From: a virus | Taxonomy: Duplodnaviria > Caudoviricetes | DNA length: 60,786 nt | Strand: one strand, 5' to 3' | Virus record (IMG/VR): IMGVR_UViG_3300034062_002901 | Coordinates: 1 to 60,786 of that record | Part shown: positions 16,553-25,748 of the stretch, in pieces | Layout: each line of letters opens with the position of its first letter | Position numbering within the stretch: position 1 is the first letter of the stretch | Position numbers and translations under genes: made by a program | Notes under the pieces: model-generated | Told to the model about the DNA's origin: nothing | The model's database searches: none | What the model saw: the letters and a program-made list of their open reading frames with translations, nothing else

Positions 16553-18883
16553 ATGGCAATCGAAAAAGCAATGAACCGGATGCCCACCCTTGAGGTGGTA
16601 ATAGGCGGCGGCATCCCAGGACCCCAGTCAGACATTGAAATTATTATTGAAGAGGACGGTGGGGCCGTCGTGGAGATGGGTGAACAAGACGCCGAGGAGG
16701 TGGACTTTTACGCCAACTTAGCAGAGGTCATTGACCCAGATGACACGGCCATAATGGGCTTGGACGTTGCCGCTTTGTTTGAGGCCGATAAGGGCTCACG
16801 CTCCGATTGGGAGCAGATGTACGCTAAAGGCCTTGATCTGCTCGGCTTGCGCATTGAAGAGCGCACCAAGCCCTTTCGTGGAGCCTCTGGCGCTACGCAT
16901 CCAATGCTCACTGAGGCCATCATTCAGTTCCAAGCACAGGCTTTCAAAGAACTAATGCCGGCTGGGGGCCCTGTCCGCACGCAGATTATGGGCAAAGAGA
17001 CGGTGGAAAAGTTCCAGCAGGCCGGCCGTGTGCAGGATTTTATGAACTACCAGATCACCACGGTGATGGAAGAGTACACGCCTGAGTTTGACCAGCAGCT
17101 TTTTTACACGGGCTACGGCGGTTCGACCTTTAAAAAGGTCTACTACGACTTTCAACTAGGCCGCATGGTGTCCAAATTGTGCCTAGCCGACGATGTTTAC
17201 ATCCCCTACAACGGCTCAAGCGTCGTGTCCCAGTGCCCACGGCTCACGCACCGTATTGCGATGGACTCAAACGAGTACCGCAAGCGTGCTTTGGCGGGCG
17301 AATACCTTGACCTTCCGGTTGAAACGTATGCCGCGCCGTCAGACCCGGGCCACATCCAGTCTGCAATTGACAAAATTACCGGGATTCAACCCACAACCAA
17401 CGAAGGCGAAGTGTTTTTGTTGGAGCAAATGGTTGATTTAGACCTTCCAGGCTTTGAAGACAAAGACGAAAAGGGTGCCCCAACCGGGATCAAGCTGCCA
17501 TACGTAGTGACTTTGGTCGAAGACAGCCTAAAAGTGGTTGGAATTCGCCGAAATTGGAAAGAAGACGACAAAAAGAAGAACCGTCGCAACTACTACATTC
17601 ACTATGTGTTGGTTGAGGGCCCGGGGGCATATGGTTTGGGTTTTGTGCACTTAATTGGGGGCCTTAGCAGGGCTGCAACCAGCGCTTTGCGTCAGTTAAT
17701 CGACGCTGGTACGCTTGCAAACCTGCCCGCAGGCTTTAAAGCCAAAGGAGCACGGATCGCGGACGACTCTACGCCGATCCAACCGGGTGAATGGCGCGAC
17801 ATTGACGCCGGTGGAGCCGAGCTGGCCGGGTCCTTGATGCCTTTGCCGTACAAAGAGCCAAGCCAGACCTTGTTCGGCCTGCTAGGCTTTCTTGTAGACG
17901 CCGGAAAACGGTTGTCGAGCACTGCCGACATGCAGATTGGCGACGGCAACCAGTACGCGCAGGTCGGAACGACTTTGGCGCTGTTGGAGCGGGGCTCCAT
18001 GGTCATGTCTTCCATCCACAAGCGCTTGCACTACGCCCAGACTTTGGAGTTCCGCCTCCTGTTTGAAGGCTTTGGCGAATACTTGGACGACGAGTACCCC
18101 TATGAGGTCCCTGGCGCGAGCCGCAAGATCAAGAAGGCTGACTTCAACACCATGGTGTCGGTGCAGCCTGTGGCTGACCCCAACATCTTTAGCTCCGCGC
18201 AACGCATTCAGTTGGCCCAAATGCAATTGCAGCTGGCCCAAAGCGCTCCGCAGATGCACAACATGTATGAGGCCTACTACCGCATGTATGCGGCCTTAAA
18301 TGTGCGGGACATTGACGGCGTGCTGCTGCCTCAAAACACCAACATGCCTCGCGACCCTGCGTCCGAGAACAGTGACGTGCTTAACAGCATGAAGCTCAAG
18401 GCCTTTGCTGGCCAGCAGCACGACGCCCACATTGCAACCCACCTGATGATGGGCATGTCGCCCCTCGTCCAATCCCTTCCTGCTGCTGCGGGAGAGCTGC
18501 AAAAACACATCTTAGACCACGTTCGTCTTAAGGCGGAAGAAGACGTCGAAGCCGACCTGTTCAAGTCCTACGGTACCGATCCGGATAGGCTGATTTCGCT
18601 GATCCAAAAGGAGGGCATGATTGCCTTGCGCATTGCAAACAACCTGCAGGAAGTTCGCGACCTGCAGGACAGTTTGGCGGGAGGGGAAGAAGGCCCTGAC
18701 CCCTTGATTAAACTTAAGGAAGCTGAAATCCAACAACGAGCCAAGAACGACGAGGCTAAGATTGCCTTAGACCAGCAGAAGCTGGCCTTGGATCAGCAAA
18801 AGCAACAGTCGACCCTTCAATTCAACCAGCAAAAGTTGCAACTGCAACAGGCCAAACAAACAGGAGGCCGCGATGCCGCGTAA
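16553..18883 (+). CDS. Portal protein
   Basis: 776 aa after TerL; SR.DWE....GLDLLG, LIDAGTL.NLPAGFK motifs; Gln-rich coiled-coil tail. Confidence 0.85.
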   Translation: MAIEKAMNRMPTLEVVIGGGIPGPQSDIEIIIEEDGGAVVEMGEQDAEEVDFYANLAEVIDPDDTAIMGLDVAALFEADKGSRSDWEQMYAKGLDLLGLRIEERTKPFRGASGATHPMLTEAIIQFQAQAFKELMPAGGPVRTQIMGKETVEKFQQAGRVQDFMNYQITTVMEEYTPEFDQQLFYTGYGGSTFKKVYYDFQLGRMVSKLCLADDVYIPYNGSSVVSQCPRLTHRIAMDSNEYRKRALAGEYLDLPVETYAAPSDPGHIQSAIDKITGIQPTTNEGEVFLLEQMVDLDLPGFEDKDEKGAPTGIKLPYVVTLVEDSLKVVGIRRNWKEDDKKKNRRNYYIHYVLVEGPGAYGLGFVHLIGGLSRAATSALRQLIDAGTLANLPAGFKAKGARIADDSTPIQPGEWRDIDAGGAELAGSLMPLPYKEPSQTLFGLLGFLVDAGKRLSSTADMQIGDGNQYAQVGTTLALLERGSMVMSSIHKRLHYAQTLEFRLLFEGFGEYLDDEYPYEVPGASRKIKKADFNTMVSVQPVADPNIFSSAQRIQLAQMQLQLAQSAPQMHNMYEAYYRMYAALNVRDIDGVLLPQNTNMPRDPASENSDVLNSMKLKAFAGQQHDAHIATHLMMGMSPLVQSLPAAAGELQKHILDHVRLKAEEDVEADLFKSYGTDPDRLISLIQKEGMIALRIANNLQEVRDLQDSLAGGEEGPDPLIKLKEAEIQQRAKNDEAKIALDQQKLALDQQKQQSTLQFNQQKLQLQQAKQTGGRDAA

Positions 18884-19046
18884 GAAAGGTTCTAGTAAGC
18901 CAAAAACCGTGTCCTTTGCTTCTTCCAAAAAGAGCAAGACTAAAGAAACAACCGGCAAAGGGGTTTTAAAACCTTCGAAAGGGGTTCAGGGCCCTTTTAT
19001 GGAAATAAAAAAACGCGATGCCAACCAGTTAACTAAGATATACTAA
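18873..19046 (+). CDS. Small Lys-rich protein (57 aa, MPRKKGSSKPK...), absent from the ORF track
   Basis: GGAGG RBS; translated by hand. Confidence 0.55.
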   Translation: MPRKKGSSKPKTVSFASSKKSKTKETTGKGVLKPSKGVQGPFMEIKKRDANQLTKIY

Positions 19047-19105
19047 ACTGTCAGTGAGTGCTATCAGACGGAGCCTTGTACCGTCTGCTTTTCATGGAAA
19101 CCACC

Positions 19106-19309
19106 ATGCTTGAATTTGCAGAAGCAGTTCTGAGGGAAATCAGGAAACTTCAGGATCAATCCAGACAGATTGTCCTGAACGGAACCATTACAGATATGGA
19201 GCGTTATCGCTACATGATGGGTCGCCTTGAGGGTTTGAGGATGGTTGAAGACTCCGTGAAAGATTTGCTTAAAAAAGTCACGGACGATGCCGACGATTTT
19301 CTCAAATGA
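19106..19309 (+). CDS. Hypothetical head-module protein
   Basis: ORF between portal and GroES. Confidence 0.7.
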   Translation: MLEFAEAVLREIRKLQDQSRQIVLNGTITDMERYRYMMGRLEGLRMVEDSVKDLLKKVTDDADDFLK

Positions 19310-19319
19310 AAGGTAACTA

Positions 19320-19793
19320 ATGGAAACCGTAGCTATCCCTGAAATTAACATGACCGCCTTAGAGCGTAAATGGGCCGAGGAGGCAGCCAACAAACCGCCG
19401 GCCTTGGACGACGCTTATACAGAGCTGGGTTTTGACCCAGAAAAACTTGACCAAGCGGTCATTGACACCATTCCCCAGCCCAGTGGGTGGCGCATTGCCA
19501 TCCTTCCCTACCGTGGCGCCGAGAAAAGCAAGGGCGGCATCGTCTTGGCTGAAGAAACTCAGCGCAGAAGTCAGCTTGGCACAGTGTGCGGCTACGTCTT
19601 AAAGGTAGGGTCCTTGGCCTACGCCGATCAATCCAAATTTCCCGCCGGCGCTTGGTGCAAGCAGGGTGATTGGGTTATCTTTGGCCGTTACGCTGGAGCA
19701 CGCATCCCAATCGACGGAGGTGAGATTCGTCTCATTAACGACGACGAGGTACTTGGAGTGGTGAATAGCCCAGAAGACATTCTGCACATGTAA
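19320..19793 (+). CDS. groES: GroES-like co-chaperonin
   Basis: P.GWRI.I.P....EKSKGGIVL...VLKVG...GDWVIFGRYAG...RLINDDEVLGVV. Confidence 0.9.
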   Translation: METVAIPEINMTALERKWAEEAANKPPALDDAYTELGFDPEKLDQAVIDTIPQPSGWRIAILPYRGAEKSKGGIVLAEETQRRSQLGTVCGYVLKVGSLAYADQSKFPAGAWCKQGDWVIFGRYAGARIPIDGGEIRLINDDEVLGVVNSPEDILHM

Positions 19794-19805
19794 AGGAGCA
19801 ATGAC

Positions 19806-20732
19806 ATGAATGAGCAACTTGAATTTAAGGTAGGGGAGGACGAGAGTCCGGCCACCGTATCAATTGGGGAGGACGGCGCTGCTGAAGTGCTGGACAAGCC
19901 CCAAGACCCGCAGGTAGAGACGTCTTCACAGTCGCCTTCTACCAGTGAGTTGGATCAGTACAGCGATGGCGTCAAAAAACGCATTGACAAGCTGACCGCT
20001 CGCCTGCGCGAGACCCAGCGCCGCGAGCAAGCCGCCTTAGAGTACGCCAAGAGCGTGCAGGCCCGGTCAAACCAGCTTGAGCAGCAGTTTATGAGCGCAG
20101 ACTCTGCCCGCTTAGGCGAGGCCAACGGCCGCGTGCAGACGCAAGTTGTAGCGCTAAAACAGATTATTCGCAAGGCACGTGAAGAAGGCGACATTGACAC
20201 AGAGACAGAAGCGCAGCAGCGCCTGACTTCGTTGGCCATGGAGCAGAACCAAATTAGTCAAGCTTCGCAGCAACGCGAACAACAAGCGCAGCAGTGGGCA
20301 TACCAGCAGCAAGTCAACGCGCAGCAAGCTGCAGCCCAGCCACAGGCACAAGTACAGCAGGAAATTGACCCACGGGCTGAGGATTGGGCCGAACAAAATT
20401 CTTGGTATGGACGAGACACTGCAATGACGCACGCTGCGTGGGGAATTCATCGCCAGTTAATTCAAGTCGAGGGATTTGACCCAAACAGCGAAGCGTACTA
20501 TGATGAGCTTAATAATCGTCTGAAACAGACTTTCCCTCAGAAACTGGGTGGCAGTTCGTATCAGGCGCAAACTAACAGGTCCACCAGGCCCGTGCAGACG
20601 GTGGCACCTGCATCCCGATCTTCGGGTATTAACAATGCACGCCGCACTGTCAGGTTGACCCCAAGTCAAGTTGCAATTGCCAAAAAGCTAGGCGTTCCTA
20701 TTGAGGAATACGCTAAATACGTGAAGGATTAA
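19806..20732 (+). CDS. Probable capsid scaffolding protein
   Basis: Acidic/coiled-coil protein with C-terminal LTPSQVAIAKKLGVP.EEYAK; lies before the capsid genes. Confidence 0.7.
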   Translation: MNEQLEFKVGEDESPATVSIGEDGAAEVLDKPQDPQVETSSQSPSTSELDQYSDGVKKRIDKLTARLRETQRREQAALEYAKSVQARSNQLEQQFMSADSARLGEANGRVQTQVVALKQIIRKAREEGDIDTETEAQQRLTSLAMEQNQISQASQQREQQAQQWAYQQQVNAQQAAAQPQAQVQQEIDPRAEDWAEQNSWYGRDTAMTHAAWGIHRQLIQVEGFDPNSEAYYDELNNRLKQTFPQKLGGSSYQAQTNRSTRPVQTVAPASRSSGINNARRTVRLTPSQVAIAKKLGVPIEEYAKYVKD

Positions 20733-20735
20733 GCC

Positions 20736-21215
20736 ATGACTGACGTTAAGATTCCAACTCTCAATCGCTCCACCCGTGGGTCCGAATCCCGCGACACGGA
20801 TGCGCGACGTAAGCCTTGGGCTCCACCTTCGCGTCTGGACGCGCCACCCGCGCCTCCGGGATACAAACACCGTTGGATTCGGGCTGAAGCTGGGGGTATT
20901 GATGACCGCACGAACATTGCAGGCAAGCTCCGTGAGGGGTATGAGCTGGTTCGTGGGGACGAGTACCCCGACTATCACGTCCCAACAATAGACGATGGCC
21001 GACATGCTGGCGTTATCAGCGTGGGAGGTCTTCTTCTAGCACGTATTCCGGAAGAAACGGTTGAAGAGCGCAAGGCGTATTACCAACGTAGAGCAAGCGA
21101 CCAATTGCAGGCTGCGGATAACGAACTAATGAAGGCCAATGCTCACAACAGCATGACCATTCAGCGTCCGACTCGTCAGTCCCGCGTATCCTTCGGCGGC
21201 TCTAACAAGGGCTAA
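20736..21215 (+). CDS. Head-module hypothetical protein
   Basis: Position in operon. Confidence 0.75.
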   Translation: MTDVKIPTLNRSTRGSESRDTDARRKPWAPPSRLDAPPAPPGYKHRWIRAEAGGIDDRTNIAGKLREGYELVRGDEYPDYHVPTIDDGRHAGVISVGGLLLARIPEETVEERKAYYQRRASDQLQAADNELMKANAHNSMTIQRPTRQSRVSFGGSNKG

Positions 21216-21243
21216 CGAATCCCTCTTTTTTAAGGAATAACAA

Positions 21244-21822
21244 ATGGCGAACATCGATAAAGCCTTTGGTCTGCGCCCTATCGGTAACCTTTCTGCTACT
21301 GGTGCCCAGAAGCAGTACGGCTACGAGATTGAGGACAACCAAAATGGCGCAATTTTTCAAGGTGACCTAGTTACCATCGTAGGAGGCTATGTTGTTAAAT
21401 TTGCTCCGGGCACGCATGCTGCAGCCTTGGGCGTTTTTAACGGCTGCCAGTACATCGACCCTACCAGTGGCAAGCCCACGTTCAAGAACTTCTACCCAGG
21501 TTCTGTCAACATCACTTCGGGCAAAATTCAAGCCGATGTGCTCGACGACCCTAGTCAGTTGTTTCTTATCCAAGCAGACGAGGACATTGTGCAAGCTGAC
21601 ATTGGCAAAAACGCCGATGTCGTTGGCTCAGGCGGTAGCACCGTAACAGGTGTTTCCTCGATGGAACTCGACTCCTCCACCATCGCAGATACAGCAGCGC
21701 TGAACCTGAAGATTGTGGGCTTGTATAACGTCCCGGGCAACGCGTTAGGCAACTTTGCAGTTGTCGTTGTGAAAATCAACGAGCATCTGTACGGCAGCAC
21801 TGGCGTCAAGGCCGTGACCTAA
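21244..21822 (+). CDS. Probable capsid decoration / minor structural protein
   Basis: MAN....FGLRP start; beta-rich; directly before the major capsid gene. Confidence 0.6.
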   Translation: MANIDKAFGLRPIGNLSATGAQKQYGYEIEDNQNGAIFQGDLVTIVGGYVVKFAPGTHAAALGVFNGCQYIDPTSGKPTFKNFYPGSVNITSGKIQADVLDDPSQLFLIQADEDIVQADIGKNADVVGSGGSTVTGVSSMELDSSTIADTAALNLKIVGLYNVPGNALGNFAVVVVKINEHLYGSTGVKAVT

Positions 21823-21839
21823 TTTAAAGGAACTAAAAA

Positions 21840-22748
21840 ATGGCAATCTCACGTGCACAACTGGTGAAAGAGCTTGAGCCGGGTCTCAACGCTTTGTTCG
21901 GTATGGAGTATAGAAACTACGAGAACCAACACACCCAGATTTACACCATCGAATCTTCAGACCGCGCGTTTGAAGAAGAGGTGATGGAATCTGGCTTTGG
22001 TGAAGCCCCTGTGAAGACCGAAGGCGCTGGCGTTTCGTACGACCAAGCGCAAGAAGTTTACACAGCGCGCTACACCCACGAGACCATCGCTTTGGCGTTC
22101 TCGCTGACCGAAGAAGCCGTTGAGGACAACCTCTACGACCGTCTGTCGGCCCGCTACACCAAGGCATTGGCCCGCTCAATGGCTCAAACCAAGCAGATTA
22201 AGGCTGCGGCTGTGCTAAATGGCGCCTTTACCACCTCTATTGGTGGCGACGGTGTTGTTCTGTGCGCAACCAACCACCCGACTCTGTCTGGCCCTAACTT
22301 GGCCAACACCTTGGCAACCCCTGCCGACTTGTCCGAGACCGCCTTGGAACAAGCTCTGATCGACATTGCTGCGTTTACCGACGAACGCGGCTTGAAGATC
22401 GCGGTTCAGGGCCTGAAGCTCATCATCCCGAAAGAGTTGATGTTCACGGCTGACCGTATCCTAAAGTCCACTCTGCGTGTGGGCACTGCTGACAACGACA
22501 TCAACGCTGTTCGCAACATGGGCATGGTGCCTCAGGGTTACGTGGTCAACAACTTCCTGACCGATCCAGAAGCGTTCTTTATTAAGACTGACGCTCCTAA
22601 CGGCATGAAGATGTTTGAGCGCGTGTCGTTGAAAACCGGTTTTGAAGGCGACTTTGATACTGGCAACGTTCGCTACAAGGCTCGTGAGCGCTACAGCTTT
22701 GGCTTCAGCGATCCACGCGGCTTGTTCGGTTCGCCCGGCGCGGCCTAA
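21840..22748 (+). CDS. Major capsid protein
   Basis: MAISRAQLVKELEPGLNALFG...YKARERYSFG.SDPRG; followed by a strong terminator. Confidence 0.9.
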   Translation: MAISRAQLVKELEPGLNALFGMEYRNYENQHTQIYTIESSDRAFEEEVMESGFGEAPVKTEGAGVSYDQAQEVYTARYTHETIALAFSLTEEAVEDNLYDRLSARYTKALARSMAQTKQIKAAAVLNGAFTTSIGGDGVVLCATNHPTLSGPNLANTLATPADLSETALEQALIDIAAFTDERGLKIAVQGLKLIIPKELMFTADRILKSTLRVGTADNDINAVRNMGMVPQGYVVNNFLTDPEAFFIKTDAPNGMKMFERVSLKTGFEGDFDTGNVRYKARERYSFGFSDPRGLFGSPGAA

Positions 22749-22762
22749 TGGTCGAGTAAATG

Positions 22763-22793
22763 GAAAAAGGGGCCTTGTGCCCCTTTTTCTTTT
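22763..22793 (+). terminator. Terminator hairpin GAAAAAGGGGC-cttgt-GCCCCTTTTTC
   Basis: 11-bp perfect stem after the major capsid gene. Confidence 0.85.
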
Positions 22794-22812
22794 GGTGTAT
22801 ATTGAGCGCATT

Positions 22813-22885
22813 CCGGGCCTTCCGGTGTATCAAACAGTCCCGGCTGACGACATGCAGATTGATACGCCTAACTTGCATGTAAGGA
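22813..22885 (+). ncRNA. Candidate pseudoknotted 5'-UTR RNA element
   Basis: Three interlocked complementary pairs ending at the AAGGA RBS; upstream TTGTGC-N17-TATATT promoter-like sequence. Confidence 0.5.
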
Positions 22886-22892
22886 AACAATC

Positions 22893-23456
22893 ATGGCATT
22901 GACCACATTCTCCGGCCCAGTCTCTTCCCTCAACGGCTTCATCACCACAATTTCCAACTCTTCCACAGGTGCCTCCGCCTTTAACGCGAATACCACTGCC
23001 GTTACGATGACGGGTGTTGGCGGCACGGGTGGGCGCACCTTGTTTGAGATGGATACTAACGTCGCTCTGGGTTCGTTCTCTAATGCCCTGAAAGCCGAAG
23101 TCACTTACGGTGCTACTGGTCGCACGACCGGTCTGGGTTCAGCCTTTGTTGCTGAGTTGAGCCTGTCTGCCGGTACATCTTCTGGTAATTACGCTCCTCT
23201 TGAGATCGAGTTGAATGCTCCTACTGGGGCTTCGACAGGAACTTTAACGAGCTTTATCCACGCCTCAACTCAAGGAGCGGGCGTTGCAGCGGTTGACGAC
23301 AATGCTGTGTTCTTTAACCTTCAAGGCGTAACGGCAGGCTCTGGGCACATTTTTCAAACTGGTACAACGCTTGGAAGTGCAGGAGCCACCATCAAGGTTC
23401 GGGTTGGAAATACGAATTTCTTCCTGCCACTGTACGCCACTCAAATCACCACCTAA
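22893..23456 (+). CDS. Putative virion structural protein (Gly/Thr/Ala-rich)
   Basis: MALTTFSGPV start; composition; position. Confidence 0.7.
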   Translation: MALTTFSGPVSSLNGFITTISNSSTGASAFNANTTAVTMTGVGGTGGRTLFEMDTNVALGSFSNALKAEVTYGATGRTTGLGSAFVAELSLSAGTSSGNYAPLEIELNAPTGASTGTLTSFIHASTQGAGVAAVDDNAVFFNLQGVTAGSGHIFQTGTTLGSAGATIKVRVGNTNFFLPLYATQITT

Positions 23457-23623
23457 TGGCTGCGCTGGATGAGGGCTACCTGTTGGGTTTGAGAAATCAG
23501 GCACTTGAGCAAAGGCAAAAGTATCTGGACCTCATCCAGCAGGCTAACGGGGCAATTGCAATGGTTGATGTTTTAATAACAGAACTCAACCGAGAAGAAC
23601 CGGAGCAAGAAAATGGCGACTAA
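23456..23623 (+). CDS. 55-aa helical protein (MAALDEGYLL...), absent from the ORF track
   Basis: TAATG coupling; fills the gap. Confidence 0.6.
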   Translation: MAALDEGYLLGLRNQALEQRQKYLDLIQQANGAIAMVDVLITELNREEPEQENGD

Positions 23624-24128
23624 TGTAAAACAAGCGCATATAAACACCAGTGGTTTTCTGGTGATGGGCCGTAACCGTATCAGGGGGCTCTCCTATGTGG
23701 GCACCGCCGACGCAGGCGAACTGGCAATGTTTGATACGACTTCTGCTCCTGTAACTTCTAGTGTCACTTATGGACGTACTGGAACAACTGTAACAGTCAG
23801 TAAAACATCCCATGGCTTAGTAACTGGGGACGTTGTAGGAATTCACTTTTCGGATTCGTCAGGCGCATCTGCTACAGATGGCAACTATTCCATTACTCGA
23901 ATAGATGCTAATTCTTTTTCGCTTACAGACATTAACACAGGCGATATTAGTGGCAGCCCAGCAGCTGCTTATGTCAGTGGAAACAATCGTTGGTTGTTGA
24001 CCTATGAGGTATCTGCTACGGACATTTTTAACAATGCTCCTGATGTTCCTGATCAAGGCGTTTTGGCCGTTAACGCCATCTATGCCTACATGATCAACAT
24101 AGCTGCGGTAAATATTTACTATGGCTAA
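23613..24128 (+). CDS. Putative structural protein
   Basis: Beta-rich with a T.TV....HGL.TGD.V motif. Confidence 0.65.
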   Translation: MATNVKQAHINTSGFLVMGRNRIRGLSYVGTADAGELAMFDTTSAPVTSSVTYGRTGTTVTVSKTSHGLVTGDVVGIHFSDSSGASATDGNYSITRIDANSFSLTDINTGDISGSPAAAYVSGNNRWLLTYEVSATDIFNNAPDVPDQGVLAVNAIYAYMINIAAVNIYYG

Positions 24129-24375
24129 GAAGACCCCTTCCCTTTCGGTTGGTCGTGGCGAGAAATTGCCCGTCTCCAAGGGGGCGGGCTTGACTGCCAA
24201 AGGCCGTGCCAAGTACAACGCGGCCACAGGAAGTAATTTGAAGGCCCCCCAGCCCAAAGGCGGTAAGCGCAAGGACTCGTTCTGCGCGCGCATGGGCGGT
24301 ATGCCGGGGCCCATGAAGGATGAAAAAGGCAAGCCTACCCGCAAGGCAGCGGCCTTAGCGCGATGGAAATGCTGA
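24121..24375 (+). CDS. Small basic protein (GLTAKGRAKYN...SFCARM)
   Basis: Lys/Gly-rich ORF. Confidence 0.7.
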   Translation: MAKKTPSLSVGRGEKLPVSKGAGLTAKGRAKYNAATGSNLKAPQPKGGKRKDSFCARMGGMPGPMKDEKGKPTRKAAALARWKC

Positions 24376-24614
24376 TGGACATCAACTTAGTCTGGTCTGC
24401 CGTTTTATCTGCCGCAGTTGGCGGATTGTGGTTTTTTATCCGTGAAAAATTTGACGAGCTCAAGCGCATCGACATTTTGTTGAACAAAACACGCGAGGAG
24501 ATTGCCCGTGATTACGCAACTAACACAGAAGTGCAAAGAGTCACTGATCACATTGATCAGCGTTTTAACCGGCTTGAAGCAAAAATTGATCAACTTATTC
24601 AACAGGCAAACTAA
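24375..24614 (+). CDS. Membrane-anchored coiled-coil protein
   Basis: N-terminal TM segment; TGATG coupling. Confidence 0.65.
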   Translation: MDINLVWSAVLSAAVGGLWFFIREKFDELKRIDILLNKTREEIARDYATNTEVQRVTDHIDQRFNRLEAKIDQLIQQAN

Positions 24615-24620
24615 GGAGCA

Positions 24621-24845
24621 ATGATGGCAACCTCGAAACTAAAGATGGTCAAAAAAGGCGGTAAATCCGTTCCTGCCTTTGCGGCCGATGGCGTTGGCAA
24701 GATGAAAAAAGGCGGAATTGCCGGCATGCACAAGATGCCTGACGGTAAGATGATGAAAAATTCTGACATGGGCGACAAAATGGGTCGCGCTGTTAAACGT
24801 AAAACGGCCGACGTTAAGGGCCGTGCAATGAAAAAAGGAGTTTAA
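24621..24845 (+). CDS. Small Lys/Met/Gly-rich protein
   Basis: AAGGAG RBS. Confidence 0.7.
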   Translation: MMATSKLKMVKKGGKSVPAFAADGVGKMKKGGIAGMHKMPDGKMMKNSDMGDKMGRAVKRKTADVKGRAMKKGV

Positions 24846-24846
24846 T

Positions 24847-25080
24847 ATGGCTGGACGTGGAATGGGAGCCGCTACGCGCGGTGGTGGTGCTGTTGAAAGT
24901 GGCCCCGCAAACAAAATGATTTCTGAGCCAAGCAAGACCACTGGTCCTGTGAGAATGGCCAAAGGCGGCATGGCCAAGGGCATGATGGCCGGTGGCATGA
25001 TGTCTAAGGGCTACGCTGCAGGCGGCGCGGCCAAGAAGATGTCTAAGGGCATGATGGCGGGCGGTAAGCGCGCTAAGTAA
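24847..25080 (+). CDS. Small Met/Gly/Lys-rich protein with repeated xxxGG motifs
   Basis: AAGGAG RBS; MAKGG/MMAGG/YAAGG repeats. Confidence 0.7.
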   Translation: MAGRGMGAATRGGGAVESGPANKMISEPSKTTGPVRMAKGGMAKGMMAGGMMSKGYAAGGAAKKMSKGMMAGGKRAK

Positions 25081-25748
25081 TGTCATACCTCATCAGCAAC
25101 ATTCCGTACTTTAAGTGCTGGGTTAGACGCGAGTTTACCCACATGCACCAAAAGTACCACGGCGAGTATTTGCACGCAAACGTAATTGCGGTCAATGTCA
25201 TGCCCGATCGTTGCTTGAGTTTTCAGCTTGTGTTTACCGGGTGTGAAAGCCACGTAGACGGCTCTGAAAACGTGCATGGGGGAGCCATGTGGGCGCGCAT
25301 GCCGATCACAGCGCTGGTGGGGGATATCCCACTGGAGGAGTGGCCGGAGCGCATGCCTACGCACTTGGTGCAGCCTTGGGATTGTCCGTCGCATCATCAC
25401 ACTGTGATCAAGTTTGCGAGGACCAGTCCCAGCCCTTGGATATGCAAGATTGATGGCGAGTTTTACACTGGCCGGTACTTGTTCACCGTGGATTACGCGG
25501 AGAGCGAAGTAGCCGACTGCCCTGCGCAGCACAAGCAAAGTCATGTTTTGATTTTGACCGACGCAGGCAAGTGGACGGGTAACATCGTGGCGTTGCCAAA
25601 CAACCGCGTTCGGGTTACAAGCCCCGCGTTTTGGCAAACAGGCGAGGGTGCCCCTGACTTTAGGCCAAGCCAGTGGACGCATTGTGCGGAGCAGGACGAC
25701 TCGTACATGGACGCACAAGCAACATTTGACAACCTGTACAGCAAATGA
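25080..25748 (+). CDS. Hypothetical protein (Trp/His/Cys-rich globular domain)
   Basis: Coupled ORF, 222 aa. Confidence 0.75.
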   Translation: MSYLISNIPYFKCWVRREFTHMHQKYHGEYLHANVIAVNVMPDRCLSFQLVFTGCESHVDGSENVHGGAMWARMPITALVGDIPLEEWPERMPTHLVQPWDCPSHHHTVIKFARTSPSPWICKIDGEFYTGRYLFTVDYAESEVADCPAQHKQSHVLILTDAGKWTGNIVALPNNRVRVTSPAFWQTGEGAPDFRPSQWTHCAEQDDSYMDAQATFDNLYSK

